Source: a bacterium (candidate division B38) B3_B38 (lineage in GTDB: Bacteria; Acidobacteriota; B3-B38; Guanabaribacteriales; B3-B38). From it: DNA of 64,000 bases. Made by a program: the position numbers and the translations under genes. Numbering within the stretch: position 1 is the first letter of the stretch; the number at the start of each line of letters is the position of its first letter. The notes beneath the pieces were generated by a model. That model was given only the letters and a program-made list of their open reading frames with translations. It did not search any database and had not been told where the DNA came from. Positions 29,241 to 38,537 of this stretch are shown here, piece after piece. The DNA lies in assembly GCA_005223145.1 (NCBI GenBank), contig NJBL01000002.1, forward strand, positions 3,541-67,540, written 5' to 3'.

Positions 29241-30176
29241 TCACCTCTCATAACCGACAAGCAACCGATTAGTGACATTCCTGATAGCCTTAGCGACGCC
29301 GGAATCGGGGTACTTTAGAAGGAGGGGCTTCCTTAATCTGGTCGATTCCTCCACTTGCAAGTCGTAATCAATGTAGCCCAAATACTGGAGAGCAACCCCC
29401 ATGGCACCCTCGCAGACCTTCTCGATGGAATAGCCAAGTGTTCTGTGGTCAGGGGTGGTAGTCCAGTTCAAAATGAGCTTGACTCCAAAGCGGGCGAGTT
29501 CCTCTTCGATTTTCTTCCTAACCCCTTCATTCAACATCCCTCCCGCTTCACTAATTATCTTAGCCACCCTTTTTACTCCCCATTCCCCTTCCTGGTCAAA
29601 GGATGCCTCCCATCTCTTTCTTGTACTGAGATCCGGGATTAGAGTGGTTAACCTTCGCCAGAGGGCGGTCTTGATAAATTGGAAGAAGTTTTCAATGGAG
29701 GCTGGCTCTGGTCGGGCAATTACCACCTTATGATGGGCTATGAGAAAAAAATCGAGGACATTAAAGGAGACACCGGTCCCCAAGTCTAAGATGATGAAGT
29801 CTGCTGAAAGCCTTTTGATCGCCTTGAGGAGCGCCATTTTCTTCTTATAAACTATATTGGCTACCCCCAATGGGGCTTTACCTCCGGGGATGAGGGAAAG
29901 ATGGGGTACACCGGTCTGAATTGCAGCCGGGGCTAAATTGGACACCTTGCCAGAGATGAAATCGGAGAGAGTGAGCCCTTTGAGGGGGAGGTCCAGATAG
30001 GTATGAAGATTGGCATTACCGAGGTCTGCGTCAACCAATATCACCTTCTTGGAAAGCCCGGCAATGTGGATTCCTATATTAGTAGCCAGAAAGCTCTTCC
30101 CCACACCGCCCTTCCCGCTGCCCAGAGCTATAATTATTCCGCCAGCCTGACTGCAGTCCAATATATCTCGGAGCAT
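29241..30176 (-). CDS. MinD/FlhG(FleN)/ParA-family P-loop ATPase
   Basis: Deviant Walker A GSGKGGVGKS. VILVDADLGNANL and the DLGTG Walker B region are present; fold length typical of MinD/FlhG. Confidence 0.7.
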   Translation of the reverse strand: MLRDILDCSQAGGIIIALGSGKGGVGKSFLATNIGIHIAGLSKKVILVDADLGNANLHTYLDLPLKGLTLSDFISGKVSNLAPAAIQTGVPHLSLIPGGKAPLGVANIVYKKKMALLKAIKRLSADFIILDLGTGVSFNVLDFFLIAHHKVVIARPEPASIENFFQFIKTALWRRLTTLIPDLSTRKRWEASFDQEGEWGVKRVAKIISEAGGMLNEGVRKKIEEELARFGVKLILNWTTTPDHRTLGYSIEKVCEGAMGVALQYLGYIDYDLQVEESTRLRKPLLLKYPDSGVAKAIRNVTNRLLVGYER

Positions 30177-30210
30177 ATCTCTCCAATCTTAACCCAGGGC
30201 AATCCTTGAG

Positions 30211-31062
30211 CTAAGGAATCTCTTTGGAAGAGGTTTTTAGCACCTCGTTCATGCTCCCTGTGCGGTATCCTTGCAGGTCTAATGTTATATATTTGTATCC
30301 CAGACTTTTAAGCTTCTTTACAACTTTTTCGACCACAAGAGACGCGAGGAAACGGGGAATCTCTGAGGAGAGCACCTCAATGCGCGCCACATCCCCATGG
30401 TGACGAACCCGAACCTGCTGGAAACCGAGTTTCCTCAAAAAATCCTCCCCCTGATTTACAGCCTTCAACTTCTCCCCAGTGATGGTGGCATGATAAGGAA
30501 ATCGGCTTGCCAGGCAGGCTGACGAGGGGAAGTTCCAAGTCGGCAGACCGGCCTTTCGGGAGAGATAACGAACCTCATCCTTGATAATTCCGACATCTAT
30601 CAAAGGGCTTAAAACCTTAAGCTCCTGCGCAGCCTTCAATCCGGGGCGGAAATCCGAAGTATCATCCAGATTGCTCCCATCAACAACCACATTATAACCC
30701 TTCTCTGCTGCAATTTCTTTCAATCGGGTGAAGAGCTCAATTTTGCAATAATAGCAGCGGGAAGGGGGATTAGAGCGGAATTGAGGAGACGCCAGCTCAT
30801 TGGTAGCGATAACTGTATGAGCTATCCCGTAACGGTGGGTGAAATCTTTCGCTCTTTTCAAATGGTGCTGAGGATAAAGGGAACTCTGGGCGGTCACTGC
30901 CAGAACCTTATCCTTCAGGACTAACTGGGCTATATAGAGCAAATAGCTGCTATCCGCTCCCCCGCTGAAAGCCACCACCACAGAACCGTAGCCCCGCAAA
31001 AGCCCTTTGAGCCTCTTCTCCTTTTCCTCCGGGGAAAGCCCTTCTTTATATTTATTTCCCAT
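30211..31062 (-). CDS. larE: PP-loop ATP pyrophosphatase, LarE-like (sulfur transferase family)
   Basis: PP-loop VVAFSGGADSS, conserved CYYCK, and C-terminal region typical of the LarE / TIGR00268 family. Confidence 0.6.
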   Translation of the reverse strand: MGNKYKEGLSPEEKEKRLKGLLRGYGSVVVAFSGGADSSYLLYIAQLVLKDKVLAVTAQSSLYPQHHLKRAKDFTHRYGIAHTVIATNELASPQFRSNPPSRCYYCKIELFTRLKEIAAEKGYNVVVDGSNLDDTSDFRPGLKAAQELKVLSPLIDVGIIKDEVRYLSRKAGLPTWNFPSSACLASRFPYHATITGEKLKAVNQGEDFLRKLGFQQVRVRHHGDVARIEVLSSEIPRFLASLVVEKVVKKLKSLGYKYITLDLQGYRTGSMNEVLKTSSKEIP

Positions 31063-31230
31063 ATTCTGAGAGTTGTAATTAAAACCTTTTTAACTATGCT
31101 AACAAAGGCGTTAGGATTAAGTCAAGGCATTTTCCCCTAAGCTGATAATAAAAAGCACTCTGTTTTAGTTCTTGATTAGTTTGACAAATGACACTGTTTA
31201 AGCTATCTTTTTACAAAAGGCAGAAGAAAG

Positions 31231-32349
31231 GTGGATGAGGTGATTGACCTGAAAAATTGGAGGAGAGGCTTAACAATTTTTCTGTTTACCATCTTTTACT
31301 TGTTTCTCTCACCCTTATTCAGGGAAAACTATGCCTGGCAGGAGGAGAGAGGAGCAAAATTCCGCAAGCTGTGGGAGTTCCAGGTTGGAGAAGCCACCAA
31401 TTTTACGTCTTCCATAGCCATTCTCACCCAACCTATTTGTGATGCGGAGAAGGTCTATTTCGCCTCCGAAAACGGAACCTTCTATGCCTTGAATATTGTC
31501 AGTGGAGAAAGGGTCTGGGAATTCACCGCCGGCAGTCCAGTTCGACAGAGTGCTACCTTGGGGGACCACAGCCTTTTTGTGGCCACCTCGGGCATGGAAG
31601 CACTATCTCTGGACCTCATTACTGGAAATCTGCGCTGGAGAAGGAGGATGGACGGCGAAATCTTCACTCCCTTAATCTTCAATAAAGGTGCTTTGTATTT
31701 CGGCTTTTCCCGATATATCGCTTGCTTGAGAGCCTCTGATGGGGAAGAGATATGGAGATTTGAGACTGGGGATGAAGTCCATGCTCCCCCAATTATTGAA
31801 GGTGAATTCCTTTATGCGGGTTCGGACGACGGCTTCCTCTACGCTCTCACCCCACGAGAGGGTAGGCTTCGGTGGAAATTCTCCACCTCCGGGAAAATCG
31901 TAGCTGCTCCCCTGCTGTTTGAAGGAACGCTCTTTGTGGGAAGCTACGACAACTACATCTACGCTCTACACCCCGACTCAGGAAAGCAGAAATGGAAGAA
32001 AATCACTGGCGGGGATGTGAATTGCCGCCCGATAGGATGGGAAAAGTGGGTATTTGTTTCCTCCTTAGACAATTTTCTATATTGCTTGCAGGTGAAAAAC
32101 GGCTATCTCTCCTATAGGTTCAGACTTCCTTACCGCCTTTACCACTCGCCGGTAATTTCCGGAGACCTCCTGTTTATGGCTCCCTTATCTGATACACTGG
32201 TCGTTATAGACCCCATAAATGGGGAGAAGGTGGGTGGTTTTACTGCTCCTTCCTTGATAACCTCCCCTCCTGGCCTGTCCCCAAATGGAGATATCATCTT
32301 CATCGGTACTAATAAGGGGCTCCTCATCGCCCTCAAATTGATAAGTTAG
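31231..32349 (+). CDS. PQQ-like beta-propeller repeat protein (BamB-like)
   Basis: N-terminal membrane anchor. Repeated roughly 40-aa units of the form G.lYa....G.l.A......W. Confidence 0.55.
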   Translation: MDEVIDLKNWRRGLTIFLFTIFYLFLSPLFRENYAWQEERGAKFRKLWEFQVGEATNFTSSIAILTQPICDAEKVYFASENGTFYALNIVSGERVWEFTAGSPVRQSATLGDHSLFVATSGMEALSLDLITGNLRWRRRMDGEIFTPLIFNKGALYFGFSRYIACLRASDGEEIWRFETGDEVHAPPIIEGEFLYAGSDDGFLYALTPREGRLRWKFSTSGKIVAAPLLFEGTLFVGSYDNYIYALHPDSGKQKWKKITGGDVNCRPIGWEKWVFVSSLDNFLYCLQVKNGYLSYRFRLPYRLYHSPVISGDLLFMAPLSDTLVVIDPINGEKVGGFTAPSLITSPPGLSPNGDIIFIGTNKGLLIALKLIS

Positions 32350-32524
32350 TTAGCGACTTGGTAAATATCCAATTGAGATTGGCTATAAATTTATGAAAAA
32401 AGATTTAAAATAGATGTGGAAATGCAGAGATGTAATCCGAGAATGGTTAAAACAACATTATTTAGAAACCTTCAGTATCTTAAAAACATTCTTTGTATTT
32501 AGATTTATACTTTTACTCATTGTT

Positions 32525-33619
32525 TCACAGAAGAAAGCCATATACAATGTGTTCTAAATCATTGTAATTATTTGAGATGATTTTAAACTTTTCTAAATTT
32601 AATTCCATAGCCATTGATTTCAGCCTTTTTACATCAGACTCTCGAGGGTTTAGCTTTACCTCATATGCCTCTTTTTTATCCAGAATAATGTCAATTTCTA
32701 CCCCATTTTTTCTTTGATAATAATTGAACTCTCCCTTAGGCCTAAGATTCTGAAAAATACTGTTTTCGAAAAGGCTTCCCATATCCAAGTTAGCAAAATG
32801 ATTGGCTATACCGGTATCACATAGGTAAACCTTAGGCATCTTTCTAATCTCAGAATTTCTTCCTTTACTAAATGGTCTTATTGTTTTTATGAAGTATATA
32901 CCCTCCAAGAAAGAAATATATTCGCTCAATGTTGGACGAGAAATACCCAATTCTCTTGAGATATTTTGAATATCTAATTTAGAACCAAGCCGTTGCATCA
33001 AAAGTAACATTAAATCTCGAATAGCTTCGTTTCTTCGAAAATCCCCTAACTGTAGAATTTCCAGTTGAAAAAAGGAATTGAAGATTTCTTCTAATGCTTT
33101 TTTCTTCTCTTGAGCATTAGATTTTAAAACTACTCCTGGAAATCCGCCAAATTTAATATATTCATCATATAAAAGAGAAATTTCGTCAAAGATCGGTTGG
33201 GTGATATGGCGCGCATTCTCTGGTATTCTTAAAGAGCTTCCTTTGAATAAGAGACATTCACTAAAACATAAAGGAAAAAGCTCAAAAATATATTTCCTTC
33301 CAGAAAGCGATTCTGTGAAAAGGTTTTTTAAGTAGAAACTGGCTGAACCGGTCAAGAAGAATTTTACTTGATAATGGTCAATAAAATATTTAACGACTGA
33401 AGGTAGATTTTTTACAAACTGTATCTCGTCCAAAAATATGAACGGCTTACTCGTAAAATCAATTCCTAAACTCTCAAACGAGAACTTGATTCGCTCATAA
33501 TTACGCTCTTCAAAATATTTTCTATTTAATGGATTTTCTAAATCTAAAAAAACTTTATTTTTCGAGGCAATTTGACTATCAATAAATTTGAGAAGCGTCG
33601 TTTTACCAGTCCTCCTCAT
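32525..33619 (-). CDS. AAA+ ATPase of the COG1373/DUF4143 family; N-terminus lacks an ATG (possible pseudogene or ATA start)
   Basis: The track ORF begins inside the Walker A (GMRRTGKTTLL). The frame stays open 27 codons further upstream (…IVKPRLIFNTIKAYLDSPEAIIVTG), with ATA at the position where family members have Met. The gene lies in a low-GC segment. Confidence 0.55.
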   Translation of the reverse strand: MRRTGKTTLLKFIDSQIASKNKVFLDLENPLNRKYFEERNYERIKFSFESLGIDFTSKPFIFLDEIQFVKNLPSVVKYFIDHYQVKFFLTGSASFYLKNLFTESLSGRKYIFELFPLCFSECLLFKGSSLRIPENARHITQPIFDEISLLYDEYIKFGGFPGVVLKSNAQEKKKALEEIFNSFFQLEILQLGDFRRNEAIRDLMLLLMQRLGSKLDIQNISRELGISRPTLSEYISFLEGIYFIKTIRPFSKGRNSEIRKMPKVYLCDTGIANHFANLDMGSLFENSIFQNLRPKGEFNYYQRKNGVEIDIILDKKEAYEVKLNPRESDVKRLKSMAMELNLEKFKIISNNYNDLEHIVYGFLL

Positions 33620-33695
33620 TCCAGTAACGATGATTGCCTCGGGAGAATCAAGGTATGCTTTGATTGTGTTAAATATTAGCCTTGGTTTGACTATA

Positions 33696-33765
33696 CATTA
33701 CTATTTGTCAAGTATATTTCACATATAGTAATACTATTTGCAAAATATATTTTACATATAGTATA
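33696..33765. repeat. two imperfect tandem ~33-bp direct repeats (…ACTATTTG-N5-TATATTT(T)ACATATAGTA…) upstream of the AAA+ ATPase gene
   Basis: cattactatttgtcaagtatatttcacatatagta and atactatttgcaaaatatattttacatatagta lie side by side in an AT-rich intergenic region. Confidence 0.4.
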
Positions 33766-33893
33766 AACGAACTTAAAAATGCAAAATAAACCTCCATGCC
33801 AATTGAAATAAGTCTTGGATAAAGGATAAAAATAGCCCTGAAAGAAAGATAATACCATCCAATAAGACTTAAAAGAAGTTAAATAGAAAGGGC

Positions 33894-34817
33894 TTAAATC
33901 AAACCCTTTTCCTTAAGGTAGGCTTCGGCTGCGATGGCAGCTGTTGTGCCGTCGCTCATAGCATTGGTGATTTGCTTAGCTAACTGGAATCGGATATCCC
34001 CGGCAGCAAAGACCCCCTCTGCCGAGGTCAACATCTTAAAGTCGGTCTTAATGTAGCCTCTCTCGTCCAGCTCCAGATTTTTATTCAGGAGCTTACTGTT
34101 GGGTACAAATCCTATATAAATAAACACCCCGCTGACCTCAAGAGGGCTATTTTTGCCTGTCTTCACATTCCTCAGCAAAAGTCTCTCCACCGTCTCCTTC
34201 CCCTCTATCCTTTTTATTATGGTATCCCAGATGACCTCTACTTTAGCATTCTCAAGAAGTTCCTCTTGAAGCTCCTTTTTAGCTCGCAAGCTATGCCGTC
34301 GGTGAATAAGATAAACCTTCTGGGCAAACTTAGTTAAATATACAGCCTCCTGTACCGCAGCATCCCCCCCGCCGACTACTGCGATGGTCTGCTCGGCGAA
34401 AAAGGGTCCATCACACAGAGCGCAATAAGAAATTCCCTTCCCCAGAAACTCTTTCTCTCCCGGAACATTAAGCCACCTTGGCTCACCCCCCGCAGCCAGA
34501 ATTACCGCCCCTGCGTGGTAGGTACCTTTTGCCGTTTTTACCACCTTCGCATTCCTTTCGCTGTGAATCTCCTTCACTTCTTCCAGCTTTATATTCGCCC
34601 CGAACCTTCGCGCATGCTGTTCCATTCGCTGGGCTAATTCAAGCCCGGAGATACTATCAAATCCCGGACAGTTCTCAATCCTCTCGGTATTTAAAATCTG
34701 CCCTCCGGGCATCTTCTTTTCCAGCACCAGAGTATTGAGCTTTGCCCGGGCACAATACAGCGCAGCTGTGAGACCTGCTGGCCCCCCTCCCACAATTATG
34801 ATATCGTATCTCTCCAT
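33894..34817 (-). CDS. trxB: thioredoxin-disulfide reductase
   Basis: FAD motif [10 protein letters not shown], redox-active CALCDG, NADPH site. Confidence 0.85.
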   Translation of the reverse strand: MERYDIIIVGGGPAGLTAALYCARAKLNTLVLEKKMPGGQILNTERIENCPGFDSISGLELAQRMEQHARRFGANIKLEEVKEIHSERNAKVVKTAKGTYHAGAVILAAGGEPRWLNVPGEKEFLGKGISYCALCDGPFFAEQTIAVVGGGDAAVQEAVYLTKFAQKVYLIHRRHSLRAKKELQEELLENAKVEVIWDTIIKRIEGKETVERLLLRNVKTGKNSPLEVSGVFIYIGFVPNSKLLNKNLELDERGYIKTDFKMLTSAEGVFAAGDIRFQLAKQITNAMSDGTTAAIAAEAYLKEKGLI

Positions 34818-34849
34818 CTTCTTCTTTCAAGGAGACTAACAAAGCCCCT

Positions 34850-35056
34850 TTAGCTACCCGACTTCTCCTTGACGAGAATCTCGTAACCCTCTATCTGGAC
34901 CTCCTCAACTTTACAATTCTCACGAGACTCCCGTTGCAGAAGATTGGTCTCCTTGGTACACTTCAGGAAAGCTTCTGCGGGGTTTCTGGCCACCACCAAA
35001 CCCCAGCAGGGGATCTCCCCCAAATGGCAGACTACATAAAGCCTTAAGTCCGACAT
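34850..35056 (-). CDS. small hypothetical protein (68 aa)
   Basis: Fits between trxB and dcd on the same strand. No motif; may be non-coding. Confidence 0.25.
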   Translation of the reverse strand: MSDLRLYVVCHLGEIPCWGLVVARNPAEAFLKCTKETNLLQRESRENCKVEEVQIEGYEILVKEKSGS

Positions 35057-35113
35057 CTTTTCTCCCTCTGCCTTTCCCGGAATTGTTTTAATAATCTGAT
35101 AAATAGTTAGATT

Positions 35114-35680
35114 TTATTCCGATTCTTTTACTCTCGATAAAATTATACCCTCTTGAGCTTGATATCTCCCTCCTTTATCTCGGTAGGAGAACTCACACTC
35201 TTCATCCGCTTCAAAAAATATCACCTGAGCTATTCCCTCGTTGGCATACAGCTTCGCTGGAGAGTGAGAATGATTGCATATCTCCATGGTGATGAAACCC
35301 TCCCATTCGGGCTCCAGAGGGGTGATGTTCAAGAGGATGCCGCAGCGGGCATAGGTGGACTTGCCCACACAGAGGGTGAACACATTCCGAGGTACCTTGA
35401 AATATTCAACCGACCTTCCCAGGACAAAGGAGTGAGGCGGGATAATACACACCGCCCCTTCGAAGTCTCTGAAAAAACCGGGCCCCATTTTTTTGGGGTC
35501 GACCACCTGTCCCTCTTGGGGGGAGAAAAGCTTGAACTTATCTGCCAGTCGGATGTCGTATCCATAGGAGGAAAGGCCATAAGATATGACAGCTTGGCTC
35601 ACCTGGGAGGGAGCGAAAGGCTTGATCATTCCATGTTCCAGAGCCATTTTCTTAATCCAGCGGTCCGACTTTATCCCCAT
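35114..35680 (-). CDS. dcd: dCTP deaminase
   Basis: KSDRWIKK...GMIKPF...[14 protein letters not shown] matches Dcd/dUTPase-fold deaminases. Start taken at MGIKSD, giving 188 aa. Confidence 0.7.
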   Translation of the reverse strand: MGIKSDRWIKKMALEHGMIKPFAPSQVSQAVISYGLSSYGYDIRLADKFKLFSPQEGQVVDPKKMGPGFFRDFEGAVCIIPPHSFVLGRSVEYFKVPRNVFTLCVGKSTYARCGILLNITPLEPEWEGFITMEICNHSHSPAKLYANEGIAQVIFFEADEECEFSYRDKGGRYQAQEGIILSRVKESE

Positions 35681-35702
35681 GCTCTTCCTTTCTGGCAAAA
35701 GG

Positions 35703-36125
35703 TCAGGAGGGCACTTCCCGGCCATCTCTCAGTGCAATGCGCCACACCTCGTCTATGGTGTCCACAAATTGGAATTCAAGCTCTTTTTTTATGGCTTCGG
35801 GTATTTCCTCCAGGTCTTTTTCGTTCCTGGAGGGGAGGATGATGGTTCTAATACCCGCCCGTTTAGCCGCCAGCACCTTCTCTTTGATCCCCCCTACCGG
35901 CAGAACCTTCCCCCTGAGGGTTATTTCCCCGCTCATAGCAACATCGGGTCGCACCGGCTTATCCATTAACAGAGAGATGAGAGAGGTGGCAATGGTCACC
36001 CCAGCGGAGGGACCATCTTTGGGTATGGAGCCCGCAGGGATGTGGATGTGGAGGTCGTATTTATCAAAGAAGTCCTCAAACTTCTTGTGGAACTCCCAAA
36101 AATCTTCTTCAAATTTACCTTTCAT
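35703..36125 (-). pseudogene. lon: 3' fragment of Lon protease gene (C-terminal half of S16 proteolytic domain only)
   Basis: [28 protein letters not shown]...[49 protein letters not shown] aligns closely with Lon residues about 665-784, including the catalytic Ser and Lys. There is an in-frame stop 4 codons upstream of the Met, and no AAA+ or N-terminal domains precede it. No Shine-Dalgarno sequence. Confidence 0.55.
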
Positions 36126-36367
36126 GAGTTTTCTTGCTTATTGGGAACCACCATGCTGAGGATTTAATTATCCCTGAGGCTCTTCTATTCCAGCCCCAAA
36201 ATATACTCAAAAAGCCCAAAATCATCGGGAGGTCTTCCTAAAAATCTTCCCTCTTAAGCTTAAAATTAATTGGGAAGAAAAATGGGTCACGCAGGCCCAA
36301 TTTAAGAAAACCCCCCGGTTTCTGGACTTTTGTAATTTGCTCTTTGGTTTATATTTGAAAACCATTC

Positions 36368-36772
36368 CTATGCCTGGTGGGCTAAATCTGCCAAAGTTGT
36401 ATTTACCAAGACATCGGTCAGATTCTGCTGGGCTTTGCTCCAGACCTCCTTTATGCCACAACTGCTTCCGCATTCGCATCGATAATCATCGCTCAGACAT
36501 CTGTTAATAGCTAGAGGACCATTAATTGCTTCAAAAACCTCTAAGAAGCTGATCTCTCTGGCTGGCTTGGCGAGCAAAAACCCTCCCTGAGAACCCCGGT
36601 GAGACCTCACCAGCCCTTCTTTCATCAGGTTTAACAGAATTTTGGCTAAGAATTGCCTCGGAATTTTCGTTTCCTCGGATATCTCCCGCAGAATCACAGG
36701 ACGACTCATTGGCTGAGAAGAGAGGTAAAGTAATGCTCGCAAGCCGTAGTCTACTTTCCTGGTTATTTTCAT
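36368..36772 (-). CDS. Rrf2-family transcriptional regulator (IscR-like, Cys ligands present)
   Basis: MKITRKVDYGLRAL N-terminal wHTH signature. Three clustered Cys (CLSDDYRCECGSSC) consistent with an Fe-S-binding Rrf2. Confidence 0.75.
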   Translation of the reverse strand: MKITRKVDYGLRALLYLSSQPMSRPVILREISEETKIPRQFLAKILLNLMKEGLVRSHRGSQGGFLLAKPAREISFLEVFEAINGPLAINRCLSDDYRCECGSSCGIKEVWSKAQQNLTDVLVNTTLADLAHQA

Positions 36773-36816
36773 AGATGCTTCTCTATTCAATAAATAATAG
36801 GTTTTCCATCATTTAC

Positions 36817-38118
36817 CTAAGTAGACTTAATGGGACCCTTTTTTACTTCCCTCTGGCCATCCATCCTTATGGAGCAGAACTTCCCACACATACTGCAAAC
36901 CTTCTCTATATACGCCTCACTCTGTCTCCTCATCTCACGGGCGCGCTGCGGGTCAATAGCCAGCTTATACATCTCTTCCCAGTCCAAGGCTTTTCTTCTG
37001 CCAGACATCTCCTCGTCGAGCTGCCTTGCCCCCTTGACCCCTTTGACCACATCCCCACAATGAGCAGCAATCCTGGCGGCGATGACCCCCTCCCTCACAT
37101 CTTCTACCGTTGGCAACCGCAGATGCTCTGCGGGAGTGACATAGCAGAGGAAGTCGGCTCCCGCCGCTGCAGCTATTGCCCCTCCGATGGAGGCGGTTAT
37201 GTGGTCGTATCCGGGGGCAATATCGGTGGGCAGGGGTCCCAGGACATAGAAGGGAGCCCCCCGACAAAGGGCTTTCTCAAGCTGAACATTAAGGACTATC
37301 TGATCCAGAGGGATATGCCCGGGACCTTCGATCATTACCTGCACATCCTGGTCAAAGGCGTAGTGGGCTAATTCTCCCAGGGTCACCAGCTCCTGAACCT
37401 GACAGCGGTCGGTGGCATCGGCTATCGCTCCCGGGCGAAGACCATCTCCCAGGCTCAGGGTTACATCATAGTTTCTGGCGATTTCCACCAGCCGCCCAAA
37501 ATCCTGGTAGAGGGGGTTTTCCCGGCCGTGATGCTCCATCCAGCGGATAAGAAAAGCGCCACCCCGGCTGACTATACCCCCTATCCTTCCCTCTTTTTCC
37601 AGCCTCTCCACCGAGTCGCGGGTCACCCCGCAGTGTATGGTGATGAAATCAACCCCCTGCTGGGCGTGCTTCTCTATCACGGAAAAGATGTCATCGGGGG
37701 TAATCTCACCATGGGTTTCCCCCCGGCAGGCAAATTCCACCATTATCTGATAGATGGGGACCGTCCCCACCATTAATGGTGAGCGCTTCAATATCTCCTG
37801 GCGGATGGCATTGAGATCCCCACCAGTGCTCAGGTCCATAACAGAATCTGCTTTGGCTTCTACCGCCACCCTCAGCTTCTCCAGCTCCTCTTCCAACAGG
37901 TTGTGGACTTCCGATGTTCCAAAATTGGCATTTACCTTGGTTTTTAAACCTTCGCCTATTCCTCGGGGGTTGAACTTTCGGTTGATATTCTTGGGTATTA
38001 CTATGCTACCTTTGGCAACTCCTTCAGCTATTACTTCGGGCTCCAGATGCTCATCCTCAGCCACCTGCTTCATCTCTTCGGTAATTATCCCTCTTTTAGC
38101 CTGAGCTAATTGGGTCAT
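36817..38118 (-). CDS. thiC: phosphomethylpyrimidine synthase ThiC
   Basis: Full-length ThiC-like sequence. C-terminal CSMCGKFCS radical-SAM-type CX2CX4C motif. Confidence 0.9.
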   Translation of the reverse strand: MTQLAQAKRGIITEEMKQVAEDEHLEPEVIAEGVAKGSIVIPKNINRKFNPRGIGEGLKTKVNANFGTSEVHNLLEEELEKLRVAVEAKADSVMDLSTGGDLNAIRQEILKRSPLMVGTVPIYQIMVEFACRGETHGEITPDDIFSVIEKHAQQGVDFITIHCGVTRDSVERLEKEGRIGGIVSRGGAFLIRWMEHHGRENPLYQDFGRLVEIARNYDVTLSLGDGLRPGAIADATDRCQVQELVTLGELAHYAFDQDVQVMIEGPGHIPLDQIVLNVQLEKALCRGAPFYVLGPLPTDIAPGYDHITASIGGAIAAAAGADFLCYVTPAEHLRLPTVEDVREGVIAARIAAHCGDVVKGVKGARQLDEEMSGRRKALDWEEMYKLAIDPQRAREMRRQSEAYIEKVCSMCGKFCSIRMDGQREVKKGPIKST

Positions 38119-38260
38119 TATTCGCTCCTAAGCTAAGTTGTCTCTTTAATTAAATATAAAGCTCTTCTGGCTTAAATTCAAGACGGTTTCCTCCCTTATT
38201 ATAGAATAATTTCACTCCCTCTTCCAGTCAAATTATTCAACCCTTATTAGGGGCTTCCCT

Positions 38261-38482
38261 CTAACGTCGGCAGGTAGTGCAGGAAGTTAGGGAGCAGGAA
38301 TTGCAGCTACTGTTCGGAGAGGAGGAGGTGAAGCCTTTATCACTTTTAAATGCGAAAGCGGAGAAGAGCTTCTCTACTTTTCGGTTCTGGCATTTAGGGC
38401 ATGAAATGGCTATCCCTTTTTTCAACACTAACTTCTCAAATTTATTTCCACACGAAAGACAGCTGTATTCAAATATAGGCAT
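38261..38482 (-). CDS. FmdB-family zinc-ribbon protein
   Basis: MPIFEYSCLSCGNKFE...CPKCQNRKVEKL is the FmdB signature. Start taken at MPIFEY. Confidence 0.6.
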   Translation of the reverse strand: MPIFEYSCLSCGNKFEKLVLKKGIAISCPKCQNRKVEKLFSAFAFKSDKGFTSSSPNSSCNSCSLTSCTTCRR

Positions 38483-38537
38483 AGTAAGTTGGGCTCTCTC
38501 CTTTAAAGGGGTAACAAAATCTTCTTCTTTCTCTCCC

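Noticed and set aside
33696-33765. CRISPR array
   Set aside because: Only two imperfect about 33-bp repeat copies with no regular spacers. Nothing elsewhere in the window has CRISPR periodicity.
35153-36159. Plus-strand ORFs (229, 127 and 140 aa) overlapping dcd and the lon remnant
   Set aside because: Antisense to genes with strong homology signatures. No RBS or motifs.
36222-36479. 85-aa minus-strand ORF in the lon/rrf2 gap
   Set aside because: Overlaps the rrf2 3' end out of frame. Basic low-complexity translation, no RBS.
38119-38260. Expected TPP riboswitch upstream of thiC
   Set aside because: Read on the minus strand, the leader lacks the conserved CUGAGA pyrimidine-sensor and ACCUGAUCUGGAUAAUGCCAGCG-like elements. 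No THI-box is supported by eye. A covariance-model scan would be decisive.
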